From the NCBI RefSeq assembly GCF_009914755.1, contig NC_060948.1: 64,000 bases of DNA. One strand, given 5' to 3'. This DNA is from the human T2T-CHM13v2.0 reference genome, Homo sapiens. Shown here piece by piece: positions 1 to 13,464 of this stretch. How positions within the stretch are numbered: the first letter of the stretch is position 1; each line of letters begins with the position of its first letter. The position numbers were made by a program, and so were the translations under genes. Below the pieces are notes generated by a model. The model had not been told where the DNA came from and searched no databases. It was given only the letters and a program-made list of their open reading frames with translations.

Positions 1-178
1 ATGGAATCGAATGGCATGGAATATAAAGAAATGGAATCGAAGAGAATGGAAACAAATGGAATGGAATTGAATGGAATGGAATTGAATGGAATGGGAACGA
101 ATGGAGTGAAATTGTATGCAGTAGAAGAGAATAGAATGGAATGCAAGCGAAAGGAAAGGAATGGATTGGAATGGAATG
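1..178 (+). repeat. Partial satellite unit (tail of the unit preceding U1)
   Basis: Matches the sequence upstream of each EcoRI site (e.g. 2672-2849). Confidence 0.9.
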
Positions 179-2849
179 GAATTCATTGGAATGGAAGGGA
201 ATGTAGTGTAATGGACAGGCCTGGAATAAAGTGGAATGCTACGGTCTCGAATGGAATAAAAATGTATGGAATGGAATGCAATGAAACGGAATCGAATGTC
301 ATAGAATGTAATGGAATGCAAAAAAATGGACTCCAAAATCATTGACTGGAAAGGCTGGGTGTCGAAAGGAATTGACTCCAATGGAATGGAATCGAATGGA
401 ATGGAAGTGAATAGAATCGAACTAAATCGAATGGAATGGAATTGATAGGAACGGAATGGAAAGGAATGCAATGATTTGGCATGGAATGGAATCGAATGGC
501 ATCGAATGGAATGGAATGGAATGCAATGGAATGGAATGTATTAGAATGGAATGAACTTTAATGGAATGTACTCGAATGGATTCGACTGGAATGGAATGTT
601 CTGGAAGTGAATGGACTCCAATGGAATGGATTCAAAAGGAATGGAATCGTACGGAATGGAATCTAATGGAATGGAATTAAATGGAAATGAATCAAATTGA
701 ATAGCACGGAATTGAATTGAATGGAATGGAATGCAATGGAATCTAATGAAACGGAAAGGAAAGGAATGGAATGGAATGGAATGGGCTGGAATGGAAAGGA
801 ATCGAAACGAATGGAATGGAATCGAACTGAAGAGACTGGAATGGAATGCACTGGAATGGAAGGGAGTGTAATGGAAGGTTCTCGAAAAAAATGGAATCGA
901 ATGGAATGGAATTGAATGGAACGGAATAGAGTCGAATGGAATTGAATGGAATGGAATGGACTAGAGTGAAATGGAATCGAACCACAAGGAATGGACAGGA
1001 ATAGAATGGTCTCGAATTGAATGGAATCGTATGGAATGGCATCAAACGGAATGGAATGGACAGCCACGGAATGGAATGCACTCGAATGCAATGGAGTCGA
1101 AACTAACGGACTGGAATAGAATGGACTCGATTGGTACGGACTCCAATGGAATGGAATCGAATGGAAGGGAATCGAACGGAAGGGAATCGAACGGAATGGA
1201 CTCGAAGGGAAAAGACTGCAATGGAAAGGTCTCGAATGGAATGGAAATTAATGGAATGGAATGGAATCGAATGAAATGGAGTCAAAAGGAATGGAATCGA
1301 ATGGCAAGAAATCGAATGTAATGGAATCGCAAGGAATTGATGTGAACGGAACGGAATGGAATGGAATCCAAAGGAATGGAATAGAATGGAATGGAATCGA
1401 ATGGAAAGGACTCGAATGGAAATCACTCGAATAGAATGCAATTTAATAAAATAGGATCAAATGTAATAGAATGGAATGGAAAGGAATCGAAACGGAAGGA
1501 ATGGAGACAGATGGAATGGAATGGAACAGAGAGCAATGGTATAGAATGGAATGGAATCATCTGGAATGGAATTGAATGGAATGGAATAATATGAAATGGA
1601 ATGGAATGGAATGGAATGGAATGCCCTTGAATTAAATGGACTGGACTCGAACAGAGTGGAATGGAAAGTGTTGAGATAGAATGGAATGGACTCCTTTGGA
1701 ATGGTCTAGTATGCAATGCAATCGACTGGCAGGGAATCAAAAGGAATGTAATCGAATGGATTGGACTGGAATGCAATGGACTCGAATAGATTGGAAACGG
1801 AATGCAAAGGAATGGAATGGAATAGTATGGAATGCAATGGAAGGGAATGGAGTGGAATAGACTAGAGTGGAATGGAATGGACTGGAAAGCAATGGACTGG
1901 AATGGAACTTTCTTGGATGGATGGGAATCAAACGGAATGGAATGCAATGCAATCAAATGGCATGGAATAAAATAGAATGAAAGAGAATCAAATGGAATTG
2001 AATCGAATGGAATCGAATGGATTGGAAAGGAATAGAATGGAATGGAATGGAATTGACTCAAATGGAATGGACTAGAATGGAATGGATTCGAATGGAATGG
2101 AATGTCATGGAATGGCATCAAATGGAATGGCATCAAATGGAATGGAATCGAATGCAATGGAATGCTATGGAATGGAATGGAATGCATTGGAATGGAATGT
2201 CCTCTAATGGAATGGATTCGAGTGGAATGGAATTGAATATAATGGAGTCGAATGAAATGGAATTGAAAGGAATGGGATCGAATACAATGGAATATACTGG
2301 AATGTAACGTAATGAACTCGAATGTAATTGACTGGAATGGAATGTACATGAATGGAATGTAATCGAATGGAAAGTAATCCAATGGAATAGAATCTAATGC
2401 AATAAAATCGACTCAGATAGAGTAGAATGTAATGGAATGGAGTGCAGTGCAATGGAATGGAATGGAATGGAATGCAATGGAATGGAATGGAATGGAATGG
2501 AATGGAATGGAATGGAATGGAATGGGATGGAATGGTATGGAATGGATAGTAATGGACTGGAGTGAAATGGACTGGAAAGGAATGGACTCAAATTGAAAGG
2601 GCTCGAAAGGAATGGAGTCAAATGGAATGGTCTGGAATGGAATGAACACGAATGTAATGCAATCCAATAGAATGGAATCGAATGGCATGGAATATAAAGA
2701 AATGGAATCGAAGAGAATGGAAACAAATGGAATGGAATTGAATGGAATGGAATTGAATGGAATGTGAACGAATGGAGTGAAATTGTATGCAGTAGAAGAG
2801 AATAGAATGGAATGCAAGCGAAAGGAAAGGAATGGATTGGAATGGAATG
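179..2849 (+). repeat. Unit U1, 2671 bp, internally deleted (~903 bp missing)
   Basis: EcoRI 179 to EcoRI 2850. Lacks the GGAAGGCAAAGG...GAATTTCATGAAACGG block present in every other unit. Confidence 0.93.
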
Positions 2850-5800
2850 GAATTCATTGGAATGGAAGGGAATGTAGTGTAATGGACAGGCCTGGAATAA
2901 AGTGGAATGCTACGGTCTCGAATGGAATAAAAATGTATGGAATGGAATGCAATGAAACGGAATCGAATGTCATAGAATGTAATGGAATGCAAAAAAATGG
3001 AATCCAAAATCATTGACTGGAAAGGCTGGGTGTCGAAAGGAATTGACTCCAATGGAATGGAATCGAATGGAATGGAAGTGAATAGAATCGAACTAAATCG
3101 AATGGAATGGAATTGATAGGAACGGAATGGAAAGGAATGCAATGATTTGGCATGGAATGGAATCGAATGGCATCGAATGGAATGGAATGCAATGCAATGG
3201 AATGGAATGTATTAGAATGTAATGAACTTTAATGGAATGTACTCGAATGGATTCGACTGGAATGGAATGTTCTGGAAGTGAATGGACTCCAATGGAATGG
3301 ATTCAAAAGGAATGGAATCGTACGGAATGGAATCTAATGGAATGGAATTAAATGGAAATGAATCAAATTGAATAGCACGGAATTGAATTGAATGGAATGG
3401 AATGCAATGGAATCTAATGAAACGGAAAGGAAAGGAATGGAATGGAATGGAATGGACTGGAATGGAAAGGAATCGAAACGAATGGAATGGAATCGAACTG
3501 AAGAGACTGGAATGGAATGCACTGGAATGGAAGGGAGTGTAATGGAAGGTTGTCGAAAAAAATGGAATCGAATGGAATGGAATTGAATGGAACGGAATAG
3601 AGTCGAATGGAATTGAATGGAATGGAATGGACTAGAGTGAAATGGAATCGAACCACAAGGAATGGACAGGAATAGAATGGTCTCGAATTGAATGGAATCG
3701 TATGGAATGGCATCAAACGGAATGGAATGGACAGCCACGGAATGGAATGCACTCGAATGCAATGGAGTCGAAACTAATGGACTGGAATAGAATGGACTCG
3801 ACTGGTACGGACTCCAATGGAATGGAATCGAATGGAAGGGAATCGAACGGAAGGGAATCGAACGGAATGGACTCGAAGGGAAAAGACTGCAATAGAAAGG
3901 TCTCGAATGGAATGGAAATTAATGGAATGGAATGGAATCGAATGAAATGGAGTCAAAAGGAATGGAATCGAATGGCAAGAAATGGAATGTAATGGAATCG
4001 CCAGGAATTGATGTGAACGGAGCGGAATGGAATGGAATCCAAAGGAATGGAATAGAATGGAATGGAATCGAATGGAAAGGACTCGAATGGAAATCACTCG
4101 AATAGAATGCAATTTAATAAAATAGGATCAAATGTAATGGAATGGAATGGAAAGGAATCGAAACGAAAGGAATGGAGACAGATGGAATGGAATGGAACAG
4201 AGAGCAATGGTATAGAATGGAATGGAATCATCTGGAATGGAATTGAATGGAATGGAATGGAATGCCCTTGAATTAAATGGACTGGAATGGAATGGACTCA
4301 AACAGAGTGGAATGGAAAGTGTTGAGATAGAATGGAATGAACTCCTTTGGAATGGTCTAGTAGGCAATGCAATCGACTGGCAGGGAATCAAAAGGAATGT
4401 AATCGAATGGATTGGACTGGAATGCAATGGACTCGAATAGATTGGAAACGGAATGCAAAGGAATGGAATGGAATAGTATGGAATGGAATGGAAAGGAATG
4501 GAGTGGAATAGACTAGAGTGGAATGGAATGGACTGGAAAGCAATGGACTGGAATGGAACTTTCTTGAATGGACTGGAATCAAACGGAATGGAATGCAATG
4601 CAATCAAATGGCATGGAATAAAATAGAATGAAAGAGAATCAAATGGAATTGAATCGAATGGAATCGAATGGATTGGAAAGGAATAGAACGGAATGGAATG
4701 GAATTGACTCAAATGGAATGGACTAGAATGGAATGGATTCGAATGGAAGACAAAGGAATGGAATCTATTGGAATGGACTGTAATGGAATGGAATGGAAGG
4801 GATTGGAATGGACTCGAATGGAATGGACTGCAATAGAAAGGATTCGAATGGAATGAAAAAGAATTGAATGGAATAGAACAGAATGGAATCAAATCGAATG
4901 AAATGGAATGGAATAGAAAGGAATGGAATGAAATGGAATGAAAAGGATTCCAATGGAATGCAATCGAATGGAATGGAATCGAACGGAATGGAATAAAATG
5001 GAAGAAAACTGGCAATAAATGGAATCGAAATGAATGGAGTGTTATGGAACGGACTCAAAAGGAATTGAATGTAATAGAATGGAGTGGAGTGGACTCGAAT
5101 ATAATGGACTGGAATGGAATGAAATCACATGGAATGGGAACGAATGGAATGGAATGGAAAGGAATGGAATCGAATGGAAAGGAATCGAATGGAGGGAATG
5201 AAATTGAATCAACAGGAATGGAAGGGAATAGAATAGACGGTAATGGAATGGACTCGAATAGAATGGACACGAATGCTCAAATTGAATGGACTCGAATGGA
5301 ATGGAAACGAAAGGAATGTCATCGAATGGAATTGAATCGATTGGAATGAAATCGCATAGAATGGAGTGGAATCAAATGGAATTGAATCGAAAGGAAAGGA
5401 AGCGAATGGACTGAAATGAAATGGAATGGAATTGAATGGAAAGTAATGCAATGGAATAGAATGGAACGAAATTTCACGGAATGGAATCAAACTGAATGGA
5501 ATCAAATCAATGGAATCAAATCAAATGGAATGGAAAGGAATTGAATGGAGTAGATTGGATTGGATGGGATTGGAATGAAATGTACTGGAAAGGACTCGAA
5601 TTTCATGAAACGGAATGGAATGAATTGGAACGGAATGGACTCGAATGGAATGGAATGTCATGGGATGGCATCAAATGGAATGGCATCAAATGGAATGGAA
5701 TCGAATGCAATGGAATGCTATGGAATGGAATGGAATGCATTGGAATGGAATGTCCTCTAATGGAATGGATTCGAGTGGAATGGAATTGAATATAATGGAG

Positions 5801-6362
5801 TCGAATGAAATGGAATTGAAAAGAATGGGATCGAATACAATGGAATATACTGGAATGTAACGTAATGAACTCGAATGTAATTGACTGGAATGGAATGTAC
5901 ATGAATGGAATGTAATCGAATGGAAAGTAATCCAATGGAATAGAATCTAATGCAATAAAATCGACTCAGATAGAGTAGAATGTAATGGAATGGAGTGTTG
6001 TGCAATGGAATGGAATGGAATGGAATGCAATGGAATGGAATGGAATGGAATGGGATGGAATGGTATGGAATGGATAGTAATGGACTGGAGTGAAATGGAC
6101 TGGAAAGGAATGGACTCAAATTGAAAGGGCACGAAAGGAATGGAGTCAAATGGAATGGTCTGGAATGGAATGAACACGAATGTAATGCAACCCAATAGAA
6201 TGGAATCGAATGGCATGGAATATAAAGAAATGGAATCGAAGAGAATGGAAACAAATGGAATGGAATTGAATGGAATGTGAACGAATGGAGTGAAATTGTA
6301 TGCAGTAGAAGAGAATAGAATGGAATGCAAGCGAAAGGAAAGGAATGGATTGGAATGGAATG
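2850..6362 (+). repeat. Unit U2, 3513 bp
   Basis: EcoRI-to-EcoRI spacing. 30-bp deletion near 4250, 1-bp deletion near 5193, 15-bp deletion near 6265. Confidence 0.9.
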
Positions 6363-9300
6363 GAATTCATTGGAATGGAAGGGAATGTAGTGTAATGGAC
6401 AGGCCTGGAATAAAGTGGAATGCTACGGTCTCGAATGGAATAAAAATGTATGGAATGGAATGCAATGAAACGGAATCGAATGTCATAGAATGTAATGGAA
6501 TGCAACAAAATGGAATCCAAAATCATTGACTGGAAAGGCTGGGTGTCGAAAGGAATTGACTCCAATGGAATGGAATCGAATGGAATGGAAGTGAATAGAA
6601 TCGAACTAAATCGAATGGAATGGAATTGATAGGAACGGAATGGAAAGGAATGCAATGATTTGGCATGGAATGGAATCGAATGGCATCGAATGGAATGGAA
6701 TGGAATGCAATGGAATGGAATGTATTAGAATGGAATGAACTTTAATGGAATGTACTCGAATGGATTCGACTGGAATGGAATGTTCTGGAAGTGAATGGAC
6801 TCCAATGGAATGGATTCAAAAGGAATGGAATCGTACGGAATGGAATCTAATGGAATGGAATTAAATGGAAATGAATCAAATTGAATAGCACGGAATTGAA
6901 TTGAATGGAACGGAATGCAATGGAATCTAATGAAACGGAAAGGAAAGGAATGGAATGGAATGGAATGGGCTGGAATGGAAAGGAATCGAAACGAATGGAA
7001 TGGAATCGAAGTGAAGAGACTGGAATGGAATGCACTGGAATGGAAGGGAGTGTAATGGAAGGTTCTCGAAAAAAATGGAATCGAATGGAATGGAATTGAA
7101 TGGAACGGAATAGAGTCGAATGGAATTGAATGGAATGGAATGGACTAGAGTGAAATGGAATCGAACCACAAGGAATGGAGAGGAATAGAATGGTCTCGAA
7201 TTGAATGGAATCGTATGGAATGGCATCAAACGGAATGGAATGGACAGCCACGGAATGGAATGCACTCGAATGCAATGGAGTCGAAACTAATGGACTGGAA
7301 TAGAATGGACTCGACTGGTACGGACTCCAATGGAATGGAATCGAATGGAAGGGAATCGAACGGAATGGACTCGAAGGGAAAAGACTGCAATGGAAAGGTC
7401 TCGAATGGAATGGAAATTAATGGGATGGAATGGAATCGAATGAAATGGAGTCAAAAGGAATGGAATCGAATGGCAAGAAATCGAATGTAATGGAATCGCA
7501 AGGAATTGATGTGAACGGAACGGAATGGAATGGAATCCAAAGGAATGGAATAGAATGGAATGGAATCGAATGGAAAGGACTCGAATGGAAATCACTCGAA
7601 TAGAATGCAATTTAATAAAATAGGATCAAATGTAATAGAATGGAATGGAAAGGAATCGAAACGGAAGGAATGGAGACAGATGGAATGGAATGGAACAGAG
7701 AGCAATGGTATAGAATGGAATGGAATCATCTGGAATGGAATTGAATGGAATGGAATAATATGAAATGGAATGGAATGGAATGGAATGGAATGCCCTTGAA
7801 TTAAATGGACTGGAATGGAATGGACTCGAACAGAGTGGAATGGAAAGTGTTGAGATAGAATGGAATGGACTCCTTTGGAATGGTGTACTATGCAATGCAA
7901 TCGACTGGCAGGGAATCAAAAGGAATGTAATCGAATGGATTGGACTGGAATGCAATGGACTCGAATAGATTGCAAACGGAATGCAAAGGAATGGAATGGA
8001 ATAGTATGGAATGGAATGGAAAGGAATGGAGTGGAATAGACTAGAGTGGAATGGAATGGACTGGAAAGCAATGGACTGGAATGGAACTTTCTTGAATGGA
8101 CTGGAATCAAACGGAATGGAATGCAATGCAATCAAAAGACATGGAATAAAATAGAATGAAAGAGAATCAAATGGAATTGAATCGAATGGAATCGAATGGA
8201 TTGGAAAGGAATAGAATGGAATGGAATGGAATGGACTAGAATGGAATGGATTCGAATGGAAGGCAAAGGAATGGAATCTATTGGAATGGACTGTAATGGA
8301 ATGGAATGGAAGGGATTGGAATGGACTCGAATGGAATTGACTGCAATAGAAAGGATTCGAATGGAATGAAAAAGAATTGAATGGAATAGAACAGAATGGA
8401 ATCAAATCGAATGAAATGGAATGGAATAGAAAGGAATGGAATGAAATGGAATGGAAAGGATTCGAATGGAATGCAATCGAATGGAATGGAATCGAACGGA
8501 ATGGAATAAAATGGAAGAAAACTGGCAAGAAAGGGAATCGATATGAATGGAGTGTTATGGAACGGACTCAAAAGGAATTGAATGTAATAGAATGGAGTGG
8601 AGTGGACTCGAATATAATGGACTGGAATGGAATGAAATCACATGGAATGGGAACGAATGGAATGGAATGGAAAGGAATGGAATCGAATGGAAAGGAATCG
8701 AATGGAAGGGAATGAAATTGAATCAACAGGAATGGAAGGGAATAGAATAGACGGTAATGGAATGGACTCGAATAGAATGGACACGAATGCTGAAATTGAA
8801 TGGACTCGAATGGAATGGAAACGAAAGGAATGTCATCGAATGGAATTGAATCGATTGGAATGAAATCGCATAGAATGGAGTGGAATCAAATGGAATTGAA
8901 TCGAAAGGAAAGGAAGCGAATGGACTGAAATGAAATGGAATGGAATTGAATGGAAAGTAATGCAATGGAATAGAATGGAACGAAATTTCACGGAATGGAA
9001 TCAAACTGAATGGAATCAAATCAATGGAATCCAATCAAATGGAATGGAGTAGATTGGATTGGATGGGATTGGAATGAAATGTACTGGAAAGGACTCGAAT
9101 TTCATGAAACGGAATGGAATGAATTGGAACGGAATGGACTCGAATGGAATGGAATGTCATAGAATGGCATCAAATGGAATGGCATCAAATGGAATGGAAT
9201 CGAATGCAATGGAATGCTATGGAATGGAATGGAATGCATTGGAATGGAATGTCCTCTAATGGAATGGATTCGAGTGGAATGGAATCGAATATAATGGAGT

Positions 9301-9901
9301 CGAATGAAATGGAATTGAAAGGAATGGGATCGAATACAATGGAATATACTGGAATGTAATGTAATGAACTGGAATGTAATTGACTGGAATGGAATGTACA
9401 TGAATGGAATGTAATCGAATGGAAAGTAATCCAATGGAATAGAATCTAATGCAATAAAATAGACTCAGATAGAGTAGAATGTAATGGAATGGAGTGCAGT
9501 GCAATGGAATGGAATGGAATGGAATGCAATGGAATGGAATGGAATGGAATGGAATGGAATGGAATGGAATGGAATGGGATGGAATGGTATGGAATGGATA
9601 GTAATGGACTGGAGTGAAATTGACTGGAAAGGAATGGACTCAAATTGAAAGGGCTCGAAAGGAATGGAGTCAAATGGAATGGTCTGGAATGGAATGAACA
9701 CGAATGTAATGCAATCCAATAGAATGGAATCGAATGGCATGGAATATAAAGAAATGGAATCGAAGAGAATGGAAACAAATGGAATGGAATTGAATGGAAT
9801 GGAATTGAATGGAATGGGAACGAATGGAGTGAAATTGTATGCAGTAGAAGGGAATAGAATGGAATGCAAGCGAAAGGAAAGGAATGGATTGGAATGGAAT
9901 G
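6363..9901 (+). repeat. Unit U3, 3539 bp
   Basis: EcoRI spacing. 15-bp deletions near 8230 and 9045. Confidence 0.9.
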
Positions 9902-12900
9902 GAATTCATTGGAATGGAAGGGAATGTAGTGTAATGGACAGGCCTGGAATAAAGTGGAATGCTACGGTCTCGAATGGAATAAAAATGTATGGAATGGAAT
10001 GCAATGAAACGGAATCGAATGTCATAGAATGTAATGGAATGCAAAAAAATGGAATCCAAAATCATTGACTGGAAAGGCTGGGTGTCGAAAGGAATTGACT
10101 GCAATGGAATGGAATCAAATGGAATGGAAGTGAATAGAATCGAACTAAATCGAATGGAATGGAATTGATAGGAACGGAATGGAAAGGAATGCAATGATTT
10201 GGCATGGAATGGAATCGAATGGCATCGAATGGAATGGAATGGAATGCAATGGAATGGAATGTATTAGAATGTAATGAACATTAGTGGAATGTACTCGAAA
10301 GGATTCGACTGGAATGGAATGTTCTGGAAGTGAATGGACTCCAATAGAATGGATTCGAAAGGAATGGAATCGAACGGAATGGATTCTAATGGAATGGAAT
10401 TAAATGGAAATGAATCAAATTGAATAGCACGGAATTGAATTGAATGGAATCGAATGCAATGGAATCTAATGAAACGGAAAGGAAAGAATGGAATGGAATA
10501 GAATGGGGTGGAATGGAAAGGAATCGAAACGAATGGAATGGAAGCGAACTGAAGAGACTGGAATGGAATGCACTGGAATGGAAGGGAGTGTAATGGAAGG
10601 TTCTCGAAAAAAATGGAATCGAATGGAATGGAATTGAATGGAACAGAATAGAGTCGAATGGAATTGAATGGAATGGAATGGACTAGAGTGAAATGGAATC
10701 GAACCACAAGGAATGGACTGGAATAGAATGGTCTCGAATTGAATGGAATCGTACGGAATGGCATCAAACGGAATGGAATGGACAGCCACGGAATGGAATG
10801 CACTCGAATGCAATGGAGTCGAAACTAATGGACTGGAATAGAATGGACTCGACTGGTACGGACTCCAATGGAATGGAATCGAATGGAAGGGAATCGAACG
10901 GAATGGACTCGAAGGGAAAAGACTGTAATGGAAAGGTCTCGAATGGAATGGAAATTAATGGGATGGAATGGAATCGAATGAAATGGAGTCAGAAGGAATG
11001 GAATCGAATGGCAAGAAATCGAATGTAATGGAATCGCAAGGAATTGATGTGAACGGAACGGAATGGAATGGAATCCAAAGGAATGGAATAGAATGGAATG
11101 GAATCGAATGGAAAGGACTCGAATGGAAATCACTCGAATAGAATGCAATTTAATAAAATAGGATCAAATGTAATATAATGGAATGGAAAGGAATCGAAAC
11201 GGAAGGAATGGAGACAGGTGGAATGGAATGGAACAGAGAGCAATGGTATAGAATGGAATGGAATCATCTGGAATGGAATTGAATGGAATGGAATAATATG
11301 AAATGGAATGGAATGGAATGGAATGGAATGCCCTTGAATTAAATGGACTGAACTCGAACAGAGTGGAATGGAAAGTGTTGAGATAGAATGGAATGGACTC
11401 CTTTGGAATGGTGTAGTATGCAATGCAATCGACTGGCAGGGAATCAAAAGGAATGTAATCGAATGGATTGGACTGGAATGCAATGGACTCGAATAGATTG
11501 GAAACGGAATGCAAAGGAATGGAATGGAATAGTATGGAATGCAATGGAAGGGAATGGAGTGGAATAGACTAGAGTGGAATGGAATGGACTGGAAAGCAAT
11601 GGACTGGAATGGAACTTTCTTGGATGGATTGGAATCAAACGGAATGGAATGCAATGCAATCAAATGGCATGGAATAAAATAGAATGAAAGAGAATCAAAT
11701 GGAATTGAATCGAATGGAATCGAATGGATTGGAAAGGAATAGAATGGAATGGAATGGAATTGACTCAAATGGAATGGACTAGAATGGAATGGATTCGAAT
11801 GGAAGGCAAAGGAATGGAATCTATTGGAATGGACTGTAATGGAATGGAATGGAAGGGATTGGAATGGACTCGAATGGAATGGACTGCAATAGAAAGGATT
11901 CGAATGGAATGAAAAAGAATTGAATGGAATAGAACAGAATGGAATCAAATCGAATGAAATGGAATGGAATAGAAAGGAATGGAATGAAATGGAATGGAAA
12001 GGATTCGAATGGAATGCAATCGAATGGAATGGAATCGAACGGAATGGAATAAAATGGAAGAAAACTGGCAAGAAATGGAATCGAAATGAATGGAGTGTTA
12101 TGGAACGGACTCAAAAGGAATTGAATGTAATAGAATGGAGTGGAGTGGACTCGAATATAATGGACTGGAATGGAATGAAATCACATGGAATGGGAACGAA
12201 TGGAATGGAATGGAAAGGAATGGAATCGAATGGAAAGGAATCGAATGGAAGGGAATGAAATTGAATCAACACGAATGGAAGGGAATAGAATAGACTGTAA
12301 TGGAATGGACTCGAATAGAATGGACACGAATGCTCAAATTAAATGGACTCGAATGGAATGGAAACGAAAGGAATGTCATCGAATGGAATTGAATCGATTG
12401 GAATGAAATCGCATAGAATGGAGTGGAATCAAATGGAATTGAATCGAAAGGAAAGGAAGCGAATGGACTGAAATGAAATGGAACGGAATTGAATGGAAAG
12501 TAATGCAATGGAATAGAATGGAACGAAATTTCACGGAATGGAATCAAACTGAATGGAATCAAATCAATGGAATCAAATCAAATGGAATGGAAAGGAATTG
12601 AATGGAGTAGATGGGATTGGATGGGATTGGAATGAAATGTACTGGAAAGGACTCGAATTTCATGAAACGGAATGGAATGAATTGGAACGGAATGGACTCG
12701 AATGGAATGGAATGTCATGGGATGGCATCAAATGGAATGGCATTAAATGGAATGGAATCGAATGCAATGGAATGCTATGGAATGGAATGGAATGCATTGG
12801 AATGGAATGTCCTCTAATGGAATGGATTCGAGTGGAATGGAATGGAATATAATGGAGTCGAATGAAATGGAATTGAAAGGAATGGGATCGAATACAATGG

Positions 12901-13464
12901 AATATACTGGAATGTAACGTAATGAACGCGAATGTAATTGACTGGAATGGAATGTACATGAATGGAATGTAATCGAATGGAAAGTAATCCAATGGAATAG
13001 AATCTAATGCAATAAAATCGACTCAGATAGAGTAGAATGTAATGGAATGGAGTGCAGTGCAATGGAATGGAATGGAATGGAATGCAATGGAATGGAATGG
13101 AATGGAATGCAATGGAATGGAATGGAATGGAATGGAATGGGATGGAATGGTATGGAATGGATAGTAATGGACTGGAGTGAAATGGACTGGAAAGGAATGG
13201 ACTCAAATTGAAAGGGCTCGAAAGGAATGGAGTCAAATGGAATGGTCTGGAATGGAATGAACACGAATGTAATGCAACCCAATAGAATGGAATCGAATGG
13301 CATGGAATATAAAGAAATGGAATCGAAGAGAATGGAAACAAATGGAATGGAATTGAATGGAATGGAATTGAATGGAATGGGAACGAATGGAGTGAAATTG
13401 TATGCAGTAGAAGAGAATAGAATGGAATGCAAGCGAAAGGAAATGAATGGATTGGAATGGAATG
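9902..13464 (+). repeat. Unit U4, 3563 bp
   Basis: EcoRI spacing. Carries the 1-bp GGAAAGAATGG deletion near 10485. Confidence 0.9.

Noticed and set aside
225-262. AATAAA hexamers on the + strand (several per unit, also near 1445, 1966 and 2401) as polyadenylation signals
   Set aside because: They arise easily from GAATGGAA by G>A changes in an A-rich strand. There is no downstream GU/U-rich element and no transcript evidence.
2084-2097. TTCGAA/GAATTC palindromes as heat-shock elements or hairpins
   Set aside because: They are only 6-bp palindromes. A canonical HSE needs three alternating nGAAn units with TTCnnGAA spacing, which I could not identify here.
1423-2382. Longest ORF (319 aa, minus strand), which crosses the U1 deletion junction
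   Set aside because: It is a chance in-frame fusion of low-complexity HSIPF repeats, with no evidence of coding function.
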